NCBI GenBank assembly: GCA_964016885.1
Contig: OZ024742.1
Span: forward strand, 214,830,001 to 214,894,000
DNA: 64,000 bases
Reading direction: 5' to 3'
From: Eledone cirrhosa
Taxonomy: Eukaryota
The translations under genes were made by a program, and so were the position numbers. Below, one piece after another: positions 1 to 13,300 of this stretch (positions within the stretch are counted from its first letter, which is position 1; every line of letters starts with the position of its first letter). The notes beneath the pieces were generated by a model. That model was not told where the DNA came from. It worked only from the letters and a program-made list of their open reading frames with translations, and ran no database searches.

Positions 1-1100
1 TGTGTGCATATGTGTGTATGTGTGTGAGTGTGTGTGAGTGTGTGAGTGTGTGTTTGCGCTTATGTTTAATATATATAGAGAGAAAGTGTGAAATAGACAG
101 ACAGAAATAAACAGATAGAAAGATTGAGAAAAAATCTGAACGTAGGATAAAGTGACGAGGATGAACAAAATGTAAGGAGAAGAGGAAAAGAAGTTATTCT
201 TACAGGGATTTGACTCTAACAATACAGCAATACATACATTTATTTTGATTCGAAAAATCAGAAAATTCTGAAGATTAGATATTGATATATCTTGAAGATC
301 CAACCATGAATACAAGGAAATAATCCACTCAGTGTCCTTATGCGTCTGTTTATTATTAACAAATCTTGTTTTTTTCTTCTTGCAAATAACATTTACCGAC
401 GAAACAAGATGATTTCTAAAGAGCCTTTTATAATCCTTTTTATGATTAAAAAAATATATATATATTTTTCTAAATAACTTTGAAATTTGCCTAGATGTAT
501 TTTTAATAACCCCTCTTCTAATGGTAACGTTCACTTCAATCGTAATTTCAATATCGTATTGATATCATTAGTTACATTGAGTTTGAAAGGGAAATAAAAT
601 AGAGGAACATTTTATCTGAGATGCTGATTCCCTTTTAGTTACTAAATTTTAATACACTCTTCATTTCTCTATTTTGTTTGGTTTTAAAATGTTCCTATTT
701 ATTTATTGCTATGTATATATTTATTTATTTCGTTGCAAGTGGATATGTTGTTATTTTCTTGAATAGACATTTTTTGGCTTTAAATGTTTCATTATTTGAA
801 AAGAGAAGGAAACATCTTAAAGTTTGTCCGATAATATAAATATATAAAAAAATAAAACGTGACATTTACAATACAAAAATATGTGCTAAATCAGAATATC
901 AAAACAAGTTACTAAATCACACAGTAAACAAGTTTAGAACTTTTACACGACAATCTATTAAAATTTAAACTTCCAGAAAAGTTATTTACGTTTCAAAAAC
1001 ATTTTCCGCATAAATATTCAGTTGATCAAAAATAAAATAAATGTGAGAGAGAGAGTGAGAGAGAAAGGGTGAGATAGATAGATAGTTAGATAGATAGATA

Positions 1101-4100
1101 ACTTTCTATTTATTTGCCACCAGGGCATCAAAGATTGGGACAAATACAAGGGAGGGGGGGGGTTACATACATTTCAAAGGACGTGTAACAACATATAACA
1201 AATAAAATTCAACAATCGAAGTCCTCAATAGGGAGGCGGCGTTGACGTGTGTCGCACACACCCCCGAAAAATATGTGCAACCCTCCTCCTCAGGAGCACA
1301 AAGAGCGGGTGCCCCCTTCCTCTCCTCTTTATTCTCCTCTCTCACCCACAGGCTGATATAGAGAGAAGGCCCATTCACTCGGGCCATTCTCACCACTTTC
1401 ACAAACCTTTCATAAAACTTGCTGGGGTAGAGCACCTCTCTCTCCATTCTGATCCTTCTTCTAAAATGGTACTTGAAAAAAAGGACCAGTTGTTGGCCGG
1501 AGAGAAAAGTGTCCAACCTCGACCACCAAACAACCTCTTTCGCCATAGCTATCACACAGAGGAAAACCGCCACTCCTTCGTTTTTGAAGGGGGGAGGCGG
1601 TTTGATTGTGACAATGTACTCGGTGGTCAACCTGATAGGTCTCACCAGCGACAGTAGCCGTTCCACATAGCCCCACAGGTCAGCAACGCCCGGGCAGTGT
1701 ACGAATGCGTGCGCGACGGTTTCCTCGTCACGCACGCATCTCGGACAGATCTTCTTCGATGGGTCACTAACCGGGCGCCCGTGTCTGTAGAGCTTGTCCC
1801 AAACGGGTAGAGCTCCTCGGTAGCACTGCCAAGCCAGGGACTTTTGGAAGTTGTCCATCGGTGGCGGGCTAATCGTGCTACCGAACAAACTGGCTAGCTC
1901 GTCTTCCTCTATGCCCAGAGACTCTCCGAGAGCGTTGTCGCAGTGGCTGCGCACCAACCCTCTATATGATGTTGAGGTTGAGTCTCCACTGATTGCCGGA
2001 TCCGTTTGCCAGAGGGCTGTGAGCGCCTAGGCACATTCAATGTGCCAGTCGCCGATTTTTCTCGATCTTTGCTTGAACCAGGATTGCAGCTCGGTGAGTG
2101 AGACGAGTCTCGGTAGGGTTCGCCTCACAAAAGGGGCCCACACCGGCTGACCGGTGAGGGATACTTGGCCATCCGTTTGAAGGGTGTTGACATTTTGGCG
2201 AGCGTTTTCGCTGGGGAAGGCACGACGGCCAATCGGTAGTAGGTGACGGACGCTATATAAGTGTTCGCCACGTCCGCTCGACCTTTCAGGGATAGTTTGC
2301 ACTCGTCCTACTTCTGGGCGAGTGCAAACACCCTTCCCGTTACCTCGTCACAGTTTTTCTCCACCTAGAGGTCCGGTCCGGACCAGACTCCGAGCAGCTT
2401 CACCGGTCCCTCCTTCCAGCGTCGGATGACGCCGTCGGAGGGCATCGGTTTGCCTCTCCACGTTCCGAGTTGCAAACCGACGGACTTGTCCCGCTTCAGC
2501 TTAGCTCCTGTAGACCTTTCGCATTCCTCCAGTAAGGTGCCGATCTGCTTGATTTCCGAGGCGCATGACGCCATTACTGTCTAGTCATCGGCGTAGGCCG
2601 ACACCGCTTTCTGCAATCCCAGTTCCAAGGGGATTCCTTGCAACAGCTCCAACTTCCGCAGTAGTGGCTCGAGAGCCAGCACATACAGAAGGGGGGAGAG
2701 AGGGCATCCCTGTCGGATGGATCGCGCGATTTCGAACGGCTCCGAGAGGTAGCCGTTCACCTTGACCCTCGAGCAAGAGTTGCTCCTGTGCATTGCAGCA
2801 ATCCACCCCCTGAAAACGAGTCTGAAACCTGCCGCCGCGAGCACTGCATCCAGGTACCGATGGTCAACCCTATCGAACGCCTCAGATTGATCCAAGTTGA
2901 TCAGGGACCCACCAAAGCCGGTTTCGTTCCCTACCCTCTTTACGGTGTATCACATGAGGTGGAGATTGTTGTGAATTGACCTGGACGGGATTGCGCATGT
3001 CTGGGCTTCTCCCACCAGGTTCCCGACGACAAGCTCCAACCGCTTCGCTAACACCTTAGCCAAAATCTTTAACTCTGTGTTTAGCAGAGTTATGGGCCTG
3101 AAGTTGTCTATGTCATCCCCCTTGTTCTCGTCCTTCCTCACCAGCGTGACTACGCCCTTGGTCACAGAACTGGGAATTCTGCCGTTCTGTTGCCAGTTTC
3201 AGCAGACCGCCTGGAGGAGTATGGAGAACAATCCCGAATCGCTACATAAAGTTCGTATGGTAGACCATCGAGACCTGGAGATTTGCGTTTGCCGCATTGG
3301 CTCAGCGCATCCCCTATCTCAGCGACTGAAATCGGCCTTTCGCAGGACTTCACCTCCCCGTCCGTGAGCCGGGGCAGACCGTCGAGGTATGGACCGAAAT
3401 CCATGGCCTCACCCGGCCCGCCGCCCCTCCCGAACAGTCGCTCAAAGCGCCGTTGAAAGGCCGCGCACATCCGTTCAGGTTCAAGGATCACGCGTCCATG
3501 CTGGTCCTTCAAAGACAAAATCATGGACTTGTTTTCACTTTTTGCCCCTGTTACTCGGGCCCAGCTAACAGCTTTGGCTCCCATGTTACCCATAGCACGT
3601 ATTTTACTCATGACAACGCAGCCCTCGTGCTTCGCCTCAAAGAACTGGTCTAAGGCCGTTCTTGACGCCAGCACGCCGGCCACGTTGCCACTCCTCATCG
3701 CCTCTTCTACTTTATCTATCAATTCCCTTTCAGTTCTATTCTTATCTGATGCTAAATCCTGAATAAAAATTATCGATTCTATTCTAATTTGTCTCTTGAG
3801 AGAGCCCCACCACCTGCTGTTGACTATTGCCCCCGTCAACCGCTGCTTAAATAGGGTGCTAATCCGCTTACTGTAAGCTTTGTTTGTCGGTAAGGACAAG
3901 TTTAGCTTCCAGTAACCGGGTCATTGTCTATGGGTGCTATCAAGGTGGACCACTCCGGTCACCAACTTGTGATCCGAATAGTCAACCATGAACATTCGTG
4001 GACAGCTTAATATGTCCCTATCCTTATTTCTAACTAGCAACCTATCTAGGTACGACCTAGATATTCCGCTGAAATTAGTCCACGTCCAGGGTAGCACAGT

Positions 4101-4660
4101 CGGAAAATCTAGTTGATATCTATCGGCCAGATCAAATCGGCCGATTAACCGTGTGAAGCTGTTACACCCCCCTCTATCGGGACATGCCCCTACATAGTCC
4201 CAACGTTTATCCAGGATACCATTCAAGTCCCCCACTAAAAGCAAGGAGCGAGACGTATCCAGAAAAGTCGCTAGGCGCTGCAAGAAGTCCGGTCGCGGTG
4301 TCCCAGATGGGGCATACGCTGTCACCAGCCTGAAGGCTCCACCTTCACTACTGCCGACGTCTAGAACCACCAGTTGGCCCCCGAGTCCAGGTGTACTTCC
4401 CGTGTTGCGAGGCCCAGATGTTTCCGCAGCAGAACGACCACCCCACCCTCACCCCCGGGTGACAGAAAGATGCATAGATCTCAAAGTCGTCGAAGATGGG
4501 GGCCAGTTGGTGCTCGTTGCTTATCCTGGACTCGCAAATAGCTATCACATTCATTCTGTGCGACCTGAGGTCAATTAAGAGTTTGCCCTGCTTCCAGGAC
4601 TTCCCCAGGCCGCGCACATTTAAACATCCAACTCTTATAACAGCCATGCTGGTTGTGAAG
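1101..4660 (-). mobile_element. Tx1-type (L1 clade) non-LTR retrotransposon copy A, 5'-truncated 13 nt upstream of the ORF2 ATG
   Basis: APE start MAVIRVGCLNVRGL, YSDHKLV, GYWKLN, RT motifs DQSEAFDRVDH, RQGCPLSP and YADD, and C-terminal CPRC..ET..H...C. The 3' end AATAAA abuts (TATC)n. Near-identical 21-nt flanks at 1080-1100 and 4661-4681. Confidence 0.93.
1347..4647 (-). pseudogene. Copy A ORF2 (APE endonuclease - reverse transcriptase - CCHC), frameshifted
   Basis: Split over track ORFs 4348-4647, 3921-4370, 3162-3899, 2950-3165, 2581-2895, 2365-2574 and 1163-1957. There is a stop directly after YADD, and the native stop TAG is changed to TGG. Confidence 0.9.
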
Positions 4661-4915
4661 AGATAGTTAGATATATAGATAGATAGATAAGTGTATATTT
4701 ATTTCCCACGAGGGCACAAAAGAAGGGGGAAAATACAAGGGGGGGGGGTTACATAAAGGGACGAATAAAAAACAAATAACAAACATAAAATTAACAATAC
4801 AGTCCTTAATAGGGAGGAGAAGTTTTGGGGGTTACACACACCCCCGAAAATGTGTGCAACCCTTTTCCTTAGGGGCACAGAGAGGGGGTTCTCCTTTGAA
4901 CTTCCACCTTTCCAT

Positions 4916-7900
4916 CTACAGGCTGATAAAGAGAGAAGGCCAACTCACCCGGGCCATACTCGCAACTTTCACCTACCTTTCATAAAACGTGCTGGAGTTG
5001 AGTACCTCTCTCTCCATCCTGATCCTTCTCTTAAATTGGTATTTAGAGAAAAGGACCAGTTGTTGGCCGGAGAGAAAGGTGTCCGACCTCAACCCTTTCA
5101 AACGTGTCCACCATACCACCTCTTTCACTATGGCTATTACACAGAGGAAGATTGCCTCTCCTTCATTTTTGAAGGGGGGAGGCTGCTCGATCGTTACAAT
5201 GTACTCGGTGGCCAACCGGATTGGTCCTACCCGTGACAGCAGTCGTTCGACATAGCCCCACAGATCGGCAACGCCCAAGCACTGTACCAATGCGTGCGCA
5301 ACGGTTTCCTCGTCGCGCACGCATCTGGGACAGATCTTTTTCGAGGGGTCTCTACGGGGGCCCGTGTCTGTAGAGCTTTTCTCGAACGGGAAGCACCCCT
5401 CGGTAGCACTGCCAGGCCAGGGACATCTGGAAGTTGTCCGTGGGTCCTGGGCCAAATGTACTCCCGAATAGGCTGGCCACTACGTCTTCTTCCATGCCTA
5501 GGTCTTCTCCGAGGGCGTCGTCGCATCTACTAACCACCAGCCCTCTATAGAATGACGAAGTGGAGTCTCCACCGATATCCGGGTCCGCTTGACAGAGAGC
5601 CGTGAGCGCCTGGGCACACTCGATGTGCCAGGCCCCCAGTTTTCTCAGTCTTTGCTTGACCCAGGACTGCAGCTCGGTGAGCGAGACGAGTCTCGGAAAG
5701 TCTCTCCTCACATACGGGCCCACACCGGTTGACCGGTGAGGAATACCTGAAGGTGTCGTGGCCTTAATACGTATTTACGCTTCAGCAGCCATGGCACACC
5801 CAGCCCTCCTTTCGAAGGGTGTTGACAGCAGATGGATACCCTCACCAAAGGAGCCCGCTTCTTCCAAAGGAATTGGAGGAGTGCACGCTCCATTTTGGTG
5901 AGCGTTTCCCTTGGGCAAGGCACGACGGTCAGGCGGTAATAGATGACGGACGCTATATAAGCGTTCGCCACCTCCGCCCGACCTTTCAGGGATAGTTTGC
6001 ACTCGGCCCACTTCTGCGTCAACGCAAACACCCTGTTCGATACCTCACCCCAGTTCTTCTCCACCTGGAGGTGTACCCGAACCAGACCTCGAGCAACTTC
6101 ACCGTGCCCTCCGTACAACGTCCGCCGACGCCGTTGCAGGCCATCGGTTTGCCCCTTCACTCGCCGAGTTGCAAACCGACTGACTTGTCCCGGTTCAGCT
6201 TAGCCCCTGTAAACTGTTCGTATTCCTCCAGTAAGGTGCCGATCACCGCGATTTCCGAGGCGGTTGACACCATTACTGTCACGTCATCGCCGTAGGCCGA
6301 CACCGCTTTCCGCAATCCCGGTTCCAAAGGGATGCTCTGTAACAACTCCAACTTCCGCAGCACTGGCTCTAGGGCCAATACATACAGAAGGGAGGAGAGA
6401 GGGCATCCCTGTTGGATGGACCGCGTGATTTCGAACGGCTCCGAGAGGTAGCCGTTCACCTTGACCCTAGAGCAGATGCGGCTGCTGTGCATAGCAGTGA
6501 TCCAGCCCCTGAAAACGGGTCCGAAACCTGCCGCCACTAGCACCGAATCCAGGTAACGATGGTCGACCCTATCGAACGCCTTAGATTGATCCAAGTTGAT
6601 CAGGGCCCAACCAACGCCGGGTTCGTTCCCAACCCTCTCTATGATGTATCGCATAAGGTTGAGGTTGTCGAGAATGGACTTGGACGGGATGGCGCAGGTC
6701 TGCGCATCTCCCACCAGGTTGCCCACGACAAGCGCCATCCTCTTTGCTAACACCTTGGCCAAAATCTTTAACTCTGAATTTTAACAGAGTTATGGGCCTG
6801 AAATTACTTATTTCATCCCCCTTGTTCTCGTCCTTCCTCACTAGCGAGACTACGCCCTTGGTCACAGAACAGGGGATTCTCCCGTTCTGTTGCCAGTTGC
6901 AATAGACCGCCTCGAGGGGATCGAAGAACAAGTCCGGCATACTTAAATACTTTTATTATTTAGACCATCGAGGCCCGGAGATTTGCGTCTGCCGCATTGT
7001 TTCTGCACGTCCCCTATTTCAGCAGCGGCGATCGGCCTCTCGCAGGACTTCGCCTCCTTGTCCGAAAGACGCGGCAGGCCGTCGAGTTATGGACCGAAGT
7101 CAACATCCCCATCCGGCCTCTCGCCCCTTCCGAACAATCGGGCAAAGTGCCTTTGAAAGGACTCGCACATCTGCTTACGTTCAAGGATCACCCATCCATC
7201 CTGGTCTCGCAAACACCGGATAGTGGATCTAATCCCACTTTTGGCTCCTGTCACATGGGCCCAGCTAACAGCTTTGGTCCCCTCGTTTCCCAGAACCCGT
7301 ATTTTGCTTCGGACAACGCAGCATTCGTGTTTCGCGTCGAAGATGTGGCCCAAGGGCGTTCTCGACGCTAGCACTCTGGCTACATCGACGCTTCTAATTG
7401 CCTCTTCTACACTATCTACCAACTCCCTGTCCTTCCTATTTCTATCTGTGGCTGACTCCTTACTAACTCCTATTGTAGGTACTCTAATCTCTCTTTTGAG
7501 AGAGCCTCACCGCCTGTTGTTGACGAGGCGCCCGTCAACCGCTCCTTAACTAAGGTACTAATCCGGTCCCTGTAAGCTTTACTTGCCGGTAAGGACAGGT
7601 TGAGCTTCCAGTAACCGGGTCCCTTTCTATGCGTTCTATCAAGGTTGACCATGGAGGTCACTAACTTCTGGTCTGAATAGCCAACCCTGAGCATTTCTGG
7701 ACAACGTAAACAGTCCCTATCCTTATTTCTAACTAAGAACCTATCTAGGTACGATCTAGATTAACCGTAGCGGTTTGTCCAAGTCCAGGATGGCACGGTC
7801 GGAAAATCTAGTCGATATCTATGGGCCAGGTCGAATCTGCCGATTATCCCCTTGAAAAGTCTCCAGACGATGGAAGAAGTCCGGCCGCGTTGACCCAAAA

Positions 7901-8203
7901 GGGCCGTAGACGGCGACCAGCCTAAAAGCTCCGCCTTCACCACTGCCAAGTTCCAGAACCACTAGTCGACCCTCCGGGTCGAAGTGTACCGTCTGTGTAC
8001 CGGCCCAGATGTTTTTGCAGCAGAACGACAAACACACCCCCACCTACGGGCTGACAGAGAGATGCGTGCATCTAAAAGTCATCAAAGGTGGGGGCCAGCT
8101 GTCGCACGCTGCATCGTGACCTGAGGTCATTTAGAAACAATTCTTGCTTCCAAGGTGAGCCCAGGCCACGCGCATTTAGACAACCTACTCTCAACACATC
8201 CAT
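4916..8203 (-). pseudogene. Copy B ORF2 (APE-RT-CCHC), frameshifted
   Basis: Fragments contain LINLDQSKAFDRVDH, QQGCPLS, YGDD and CPRCVRDEETVAH. Confidence 0.9.
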
Positions 8204-8227
8204 GTTAGTGGTAAAGAGAAAAGGCAC

Positions 8228-10090
8228 CTACCCCCTGCGTCCATTTTCATGGGGGTGGGGGATGGGTTGTTGTGTGGTGTGGTGGTTTGTGGAAGTGTAG
8301 GGTTGGAGTGTTTGGAGTTGTGTAGGTGCCTGGGGGGGGGGGGGATTTTTTAGGAGGACAGGCTTAATGGGTCTGACGCAGGGGGTCGCCACGTCCTCTT
8401 TAAAAGTGTCTTTTAACGTTCTGCAAATGTCCATTGGTGCTTTTATCATTTTAAGATGGGGAAGCCACGTTGCTTGTGCGAAATTCGAATATTCGTTTTT
8501 TTTTATTAAGTTGTTATTATAAATAACGTTTAACAGTTTTTTGTTTATAGTGTTTATGTAAGTGTATGCATATTTTTGTTTTTGTGTGATGTTTTTTGTT
8601 TGCTGTTGTTGTGTTTTTTTTTGTATTGATGTCTGTGTTATGTATTGTGGAGGGGTTATTTGTATTTGTGTTCCTGTGGTGTGTTTTCTTTTTTTCTTTT
8701 AACTTTATGAAAGTGTGCCCCGCCCCTCGTCTGACGACGAAAGGGGGTCGTCTTCCGTATTCGAGGGTACATTTACGGCTCGTGTTTGTGGTGTGAGTGT
8801 TATTGAATTTGTTTTCTGTGTGTGTGGGGTGGGGGATGGGATGAGGGGATTGTTTTCAGTTGTGTTTTAACTTGTGGTGTTAGTTGTTTTTGTGGTGGTG
8901 GTGGTGGTGGTGGTGGAGGTTGTGTTGGTAGTGTTATAGTTGTTGGTGTGGGCAAAATCGGTGTTTTTTGTTTGCTTGGGAACAGGCATCCTTCAGGTGA
9001 CCTCTGTCACCACAGAGGTAACAAGCGTGTTGTCTACCCTCCACTGTGATGTCTAAGTAGGCAACCCCATCCAGCAATATGCGGTCGGAGATCCTAGCAA
9101 TTCGTTCTGGCTGCATTTGCACCAGAACTTGCAGGTTAGTTCCACCGAACACGTTGCTGGAAGACTTACCTACCAAAATTACTGCATCCTCTTTCAAGTC
9201 GAAGAGGCCAAACAGTACCGCCCAGAAATCAATATCTGGATCGATACTATGTATGGTCAATCTTTGCGTTTTTCTTCCCAAATAAGTGAGAAAGAAGGTA
9301 AATAAGGGGGACACAATTGGGGCCAGGGAATGTTTTTCGGCCGTCAATTTATCTACCGTAGAGTCTATCCTTCCGAATGAATACAATGTTTTTCAGATGA
9401 TCTTTTAAAGCCAGTTCAATCTCTGTCTGTGTGAGTTGTACTGGCTTACGGGTTTTGTTGGATATTGTCTATAAATAATAGTTTTTAAGCTATTTTCCTT
9501 TTTTTTTAGCTCTGGGGGAGAATTTAAAGAAAATAGACCATTCTCCTCCAAAGTTATATACTTCCGTGCATTTTCCATTTGCTGGGCCATGTTCAAAATG
9601 TTAATAGATTCATACACAAAGGTTTTTTTGGTAGCGAACGTCACTCTGTTCGCCCCCTCTTTGTTTACATTTGTCGAAATGTGGTTGTTTTCTTGCTTTT
9701 GTTGTTACAATTTTCATTTTTTGTTGTGTTTGTGTTATTTATGTTGGTGTATGCGTTCACATTTTTTTCCCCATTGGGGTTAGACTCCATTTTTTCAAAA
9801 TGTTCACTTATATTTTCAGTATCCGAGAGACTTGTAGTCACAGTTACTACTTCTCTATCACCTTTGCTGGTGGGCGTGGCACCGTGAAAAGTCGAAACCG
9901 CATCCATTAATGTTGGCAATTTCTCCGAGTCAATTTGTTTCACATTTTCTTCATTAGGGTTAGGCTCCATTATTTCAATGTTTCTAATAATCATTATTCT
10001 TTCAGTAGAGAGGCTTGTTAACTCCGGTACCCGATCTCCTTCAGTTTGTTTAGTGGGCGTGTCATCGTTACCTGTGGTAATGGCTTCCAT
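8228..10090 (-). pseudogene. Copy B ORF1 (gag-like, zinc knuckle), frameshifted
   Basis: CYLCGDRGHLKDAC (CX2CX4HX4C) in ORF 8934-9386, followed by a Thr/Pro/Gln-rich region. Collinear with ORF1 of copies C and D. Confidence 0.85.
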
Positions 10091-10320
10091 TAATACTAGC
10101 GTAGAGACAATCACAAGATTTTTAGGATGAAAAATTTCACCCCAAAAGTGGTGAAATAAATTAAACCTGATGTCCGAAGTCCCAGGCAAGGGGGTTACTT
10201 AACACAATAACGCAAGAATACAGACAAACACTTACTGTTAACACGTAATATATCCAATACTCGCGGAGCCGATGTGAAGAACGTCTATACCATCCGGAGA
10301 TAGATAGATAGATAGATAGA

Positions 10321-13300
10321 TTTCTTTATTTCCCATAAGGGCGCACAGGAAAAGGGGACAATACAAAGACACATGCCGGGGATTTTACATACAGTCGTGT
10401 AATAATATAAAACAAACAATTATAACAATCGAAATCACCAATAGGGGGGAGGCGCCACAAATGGGTTGTTTAATACCCTGTCGATAGGATAAAACCCTCA
10501 ACTTCAGGAGCGTGTTGTGCAAGTGCTCCCTTCTTCCGTTTGCTCTCTTCTTTAACCTACAGGCTTATAAACAGAGAAGGCCCAATCACTCGGGCCTTTT
10601 TCGCTTAATTCACCCACCTTTTAGTAAATTTACTGAAGTGCAGTGCCTCTCTCTCCACTCTGTTTCTCCTTCTAAAGTGATACTTAAAGAAGGGAATCAA
10701 TTGTTGATTGGAGAGAAAGGCATCTATCCTCAGTCATCTCAATCTAGTCCACCATATAACTTATTTCACTGTAGTCACTGTACAGAGGAAAACCGCCTCT
10801 CTTTCGTTTTTGAAAGAGGCTGGCGGTTTGATCCTTACTATGGACTCGGCAGTCCACTTGATTTGTCCCATACGAGACAGCAGTTGTTCTGCATAGTTAC
10901 ACAGGTCAGTTACGCCCGGGAAGTGTACGATTGAGTGCAGGACGGTTTCAATGTCCTGCGCGCATCTTGGACACGTCCTCTTGGAAGGATCCCTGTCGGG
11001 GTGTCCGTGCCTGTAGATCTTGTCATGAACTAGTAGAGCTCCTCGGAGGCACTGCCGGGCCAGGGACCTCTGGAAGTTGTCCATAGGTCACGGGCGGAAA
11101 GTCCTACAAAACTGACTGGTGAGCTCATCTTCTTCCATGCCCAGAGTCACTCCGAGCACGTCGTCGCCCTTGAAACGTACATTCCCTCTATAGAATGCCG
11201 AATTGGAGTCTCCACTGATTGCTGTGCCCGCTTGCCAGAGGACTGTGAGCGCCTGAGCGCATTCAATGTGCCAGGCACCCATCGTTTTCGGTCTTTTCTT
11301 CACCCAGGACTGCAGCTCCGTCAACGAGACGAGCTGCGGGAAAGCCTGTCTCACAAACGGTGCCCACGCCGGTTGGGGGCCGGTGAGGAATACCAGGAGA
11401 TGCCGCAGCCTCAGCGCATGTTTGCGCATCTTCAGCTACGGCATTCCTAGCCCTCCGTTGGAAGGGTGCTGACAGCAGACGGATCTCCTCACCAGCAGAG
11501 CCTGCTTCTTCCACAGAAACAGGAAGAGCATGCGTTCCATCTTGGCGAGGTGTTGAGGGGGACAAGGCACGACAGTCAAGCGGTAGTAGATGTCGGACGC
11601 TATGAAAATGTTCGCCACCTCCGCTCGACCTTTCAAGGACAGTTTGCACTCTGCCCACTACTGGGTGAGCGCAAACACCTTGGCCGTGACCCCGTTCCAG
11701 TTTTTCTCCCCCTGGTGGTCTGGTCTGAACCCGACCCCGAGCAATTTCACCTTTCCAGCGTCCTACAACGCTGTCGGACGTCATCGGTTTGCCTCTCCTC
11801 GTACCGAGTTGCAAACCGACAGACTTGTTCGGATTTAGTTTTGTTCCCGTCAGTGTTTCGTATTCTTTTAGTAAGTGGCCGATCACCCCGATTTCTGTTT
11901 GCTCGACACCATTACCGCTGCCGCCGCTTTGCGCAGTCCCGGTTCTAGAGGGATGCCATGTAACAGCTCCAATTTCCGCAGTAGTGGCTCTAGAGTCAAT
12001 ACATACAGCACGGAACGCGAGCAGATTCTGGTGTGCATCGCCTCGATCCAGCCTCTGAAAACGGGACCGAAACTGGCCGCCTTGGGAACCGCTTCCAAGT
12101 ATCGATGGTCGACCATATCGAATGCCTTAGGCTGATCCAAATTGATCAGAGGCCCACCGAAGCCGGGTTTACTACGCAACCTCTATATGACGTATCTCAT
12201 GAGGTGGAGGTTGTCGTGTATGGACCTGGTTGGGATTGCGCTTTCCCTACCAGGTTATAGACGACAACCGCCAACCTCGTTGATAGCACCTTGGCCAAAA
12301 TCTTTAACTCTGTGTTGAGAAAAGTTATGGGTCTGAAGTTGATCAGCGTTACTACGCCATTGCTTGCACGACTGGGAATTGTCCCGTTCTGCTGTCAATT
12401 GCAGTAGACGGCTTCGAGGACGCCAGAGAACAAGTGCGGTATGCCTATGTAAAACTCATAGGGTAGACCATCTAGGCCGGGTGACTTGCGTTTCCCGCAG
12501 CGGCCCAGAGCGTCCCGTTCGGCTCACCGTCGTTCTGCTCAAAAAGTCGCGCAAAGTGCTGCTGGAAGGCCGCGCACATTTGCTTGGGGTCAAGTAGCAC
12601 GCACCCGTTTTGGTGTTTCAAAGACCCAGTCGTGGACTTGTTGTCACTTCTTGCCTCCGCCACTCGCGCCCAGCTGACAGCTTTCGCTCCTTCGTTTCCT
12701 AGAGCACGTGTTTCGCTTCTGACCACACAGCCTCCTCTACCTTGGCTATTTGTTCTCTTTCTATTTTGTTTTTTTCTCTAAGGCTAACTCTCTGCTAAAC
12801 CCTATCGATTCTACTCTAATTGCTTCTTGAAAGAGTGCCACAATCTATTGTTGACGATGGCTCCCATTAACTGGTGCTTTACTAGTCCACTTCTCCGTTC
12901 ACTGTAAGCTTTACGTGCCGGCAACGACACGTTCAGCTTCCAGTATCCGGGTCCTTTACTATGTGTTCTATCACGGTTGACTATGCAGACGACTAATTTG
13001 TGATCTAAATAGGCAACCATGTGCATTCGTGAACAGCTTAACATCTCCTTGTCCCTCTCTCTAATGAAGAACATATCTAAATACGATCTAGATGTCCCGC
13101 TGCAGTTTGCCCACGTCCACTGCGGTGCAGTCGGGAAATCCAGTCGATACCTATCGGCCAGTTGGAAATGGCCGATTAAAATGTTGAGGCTGTTGCACCC
13201 CCTTCTACTGGGACATGCTCCCACATAGTCCCATCGTGCATCTAGTATTCATTCCAGTCCCCCACTAAAAGTAAGGAGCGAGACGTTCCCAGAAAAGTCT

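Larger units (their letters stand above)
4691..10297 (-). mobile_element. Tx1-type retrotransposon copy B, apparently full length (5.6 kb), degraded
   Basis: 5' end CCGGATGGTATAGACGTTCTTCACATCGGCTCC directly follows (TATC)n. It has a 5' UTR, ORF1, a short pyrimidine spacer, ORF2, and AATAAA followed by (TATC)n. Confidence 0.92.
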
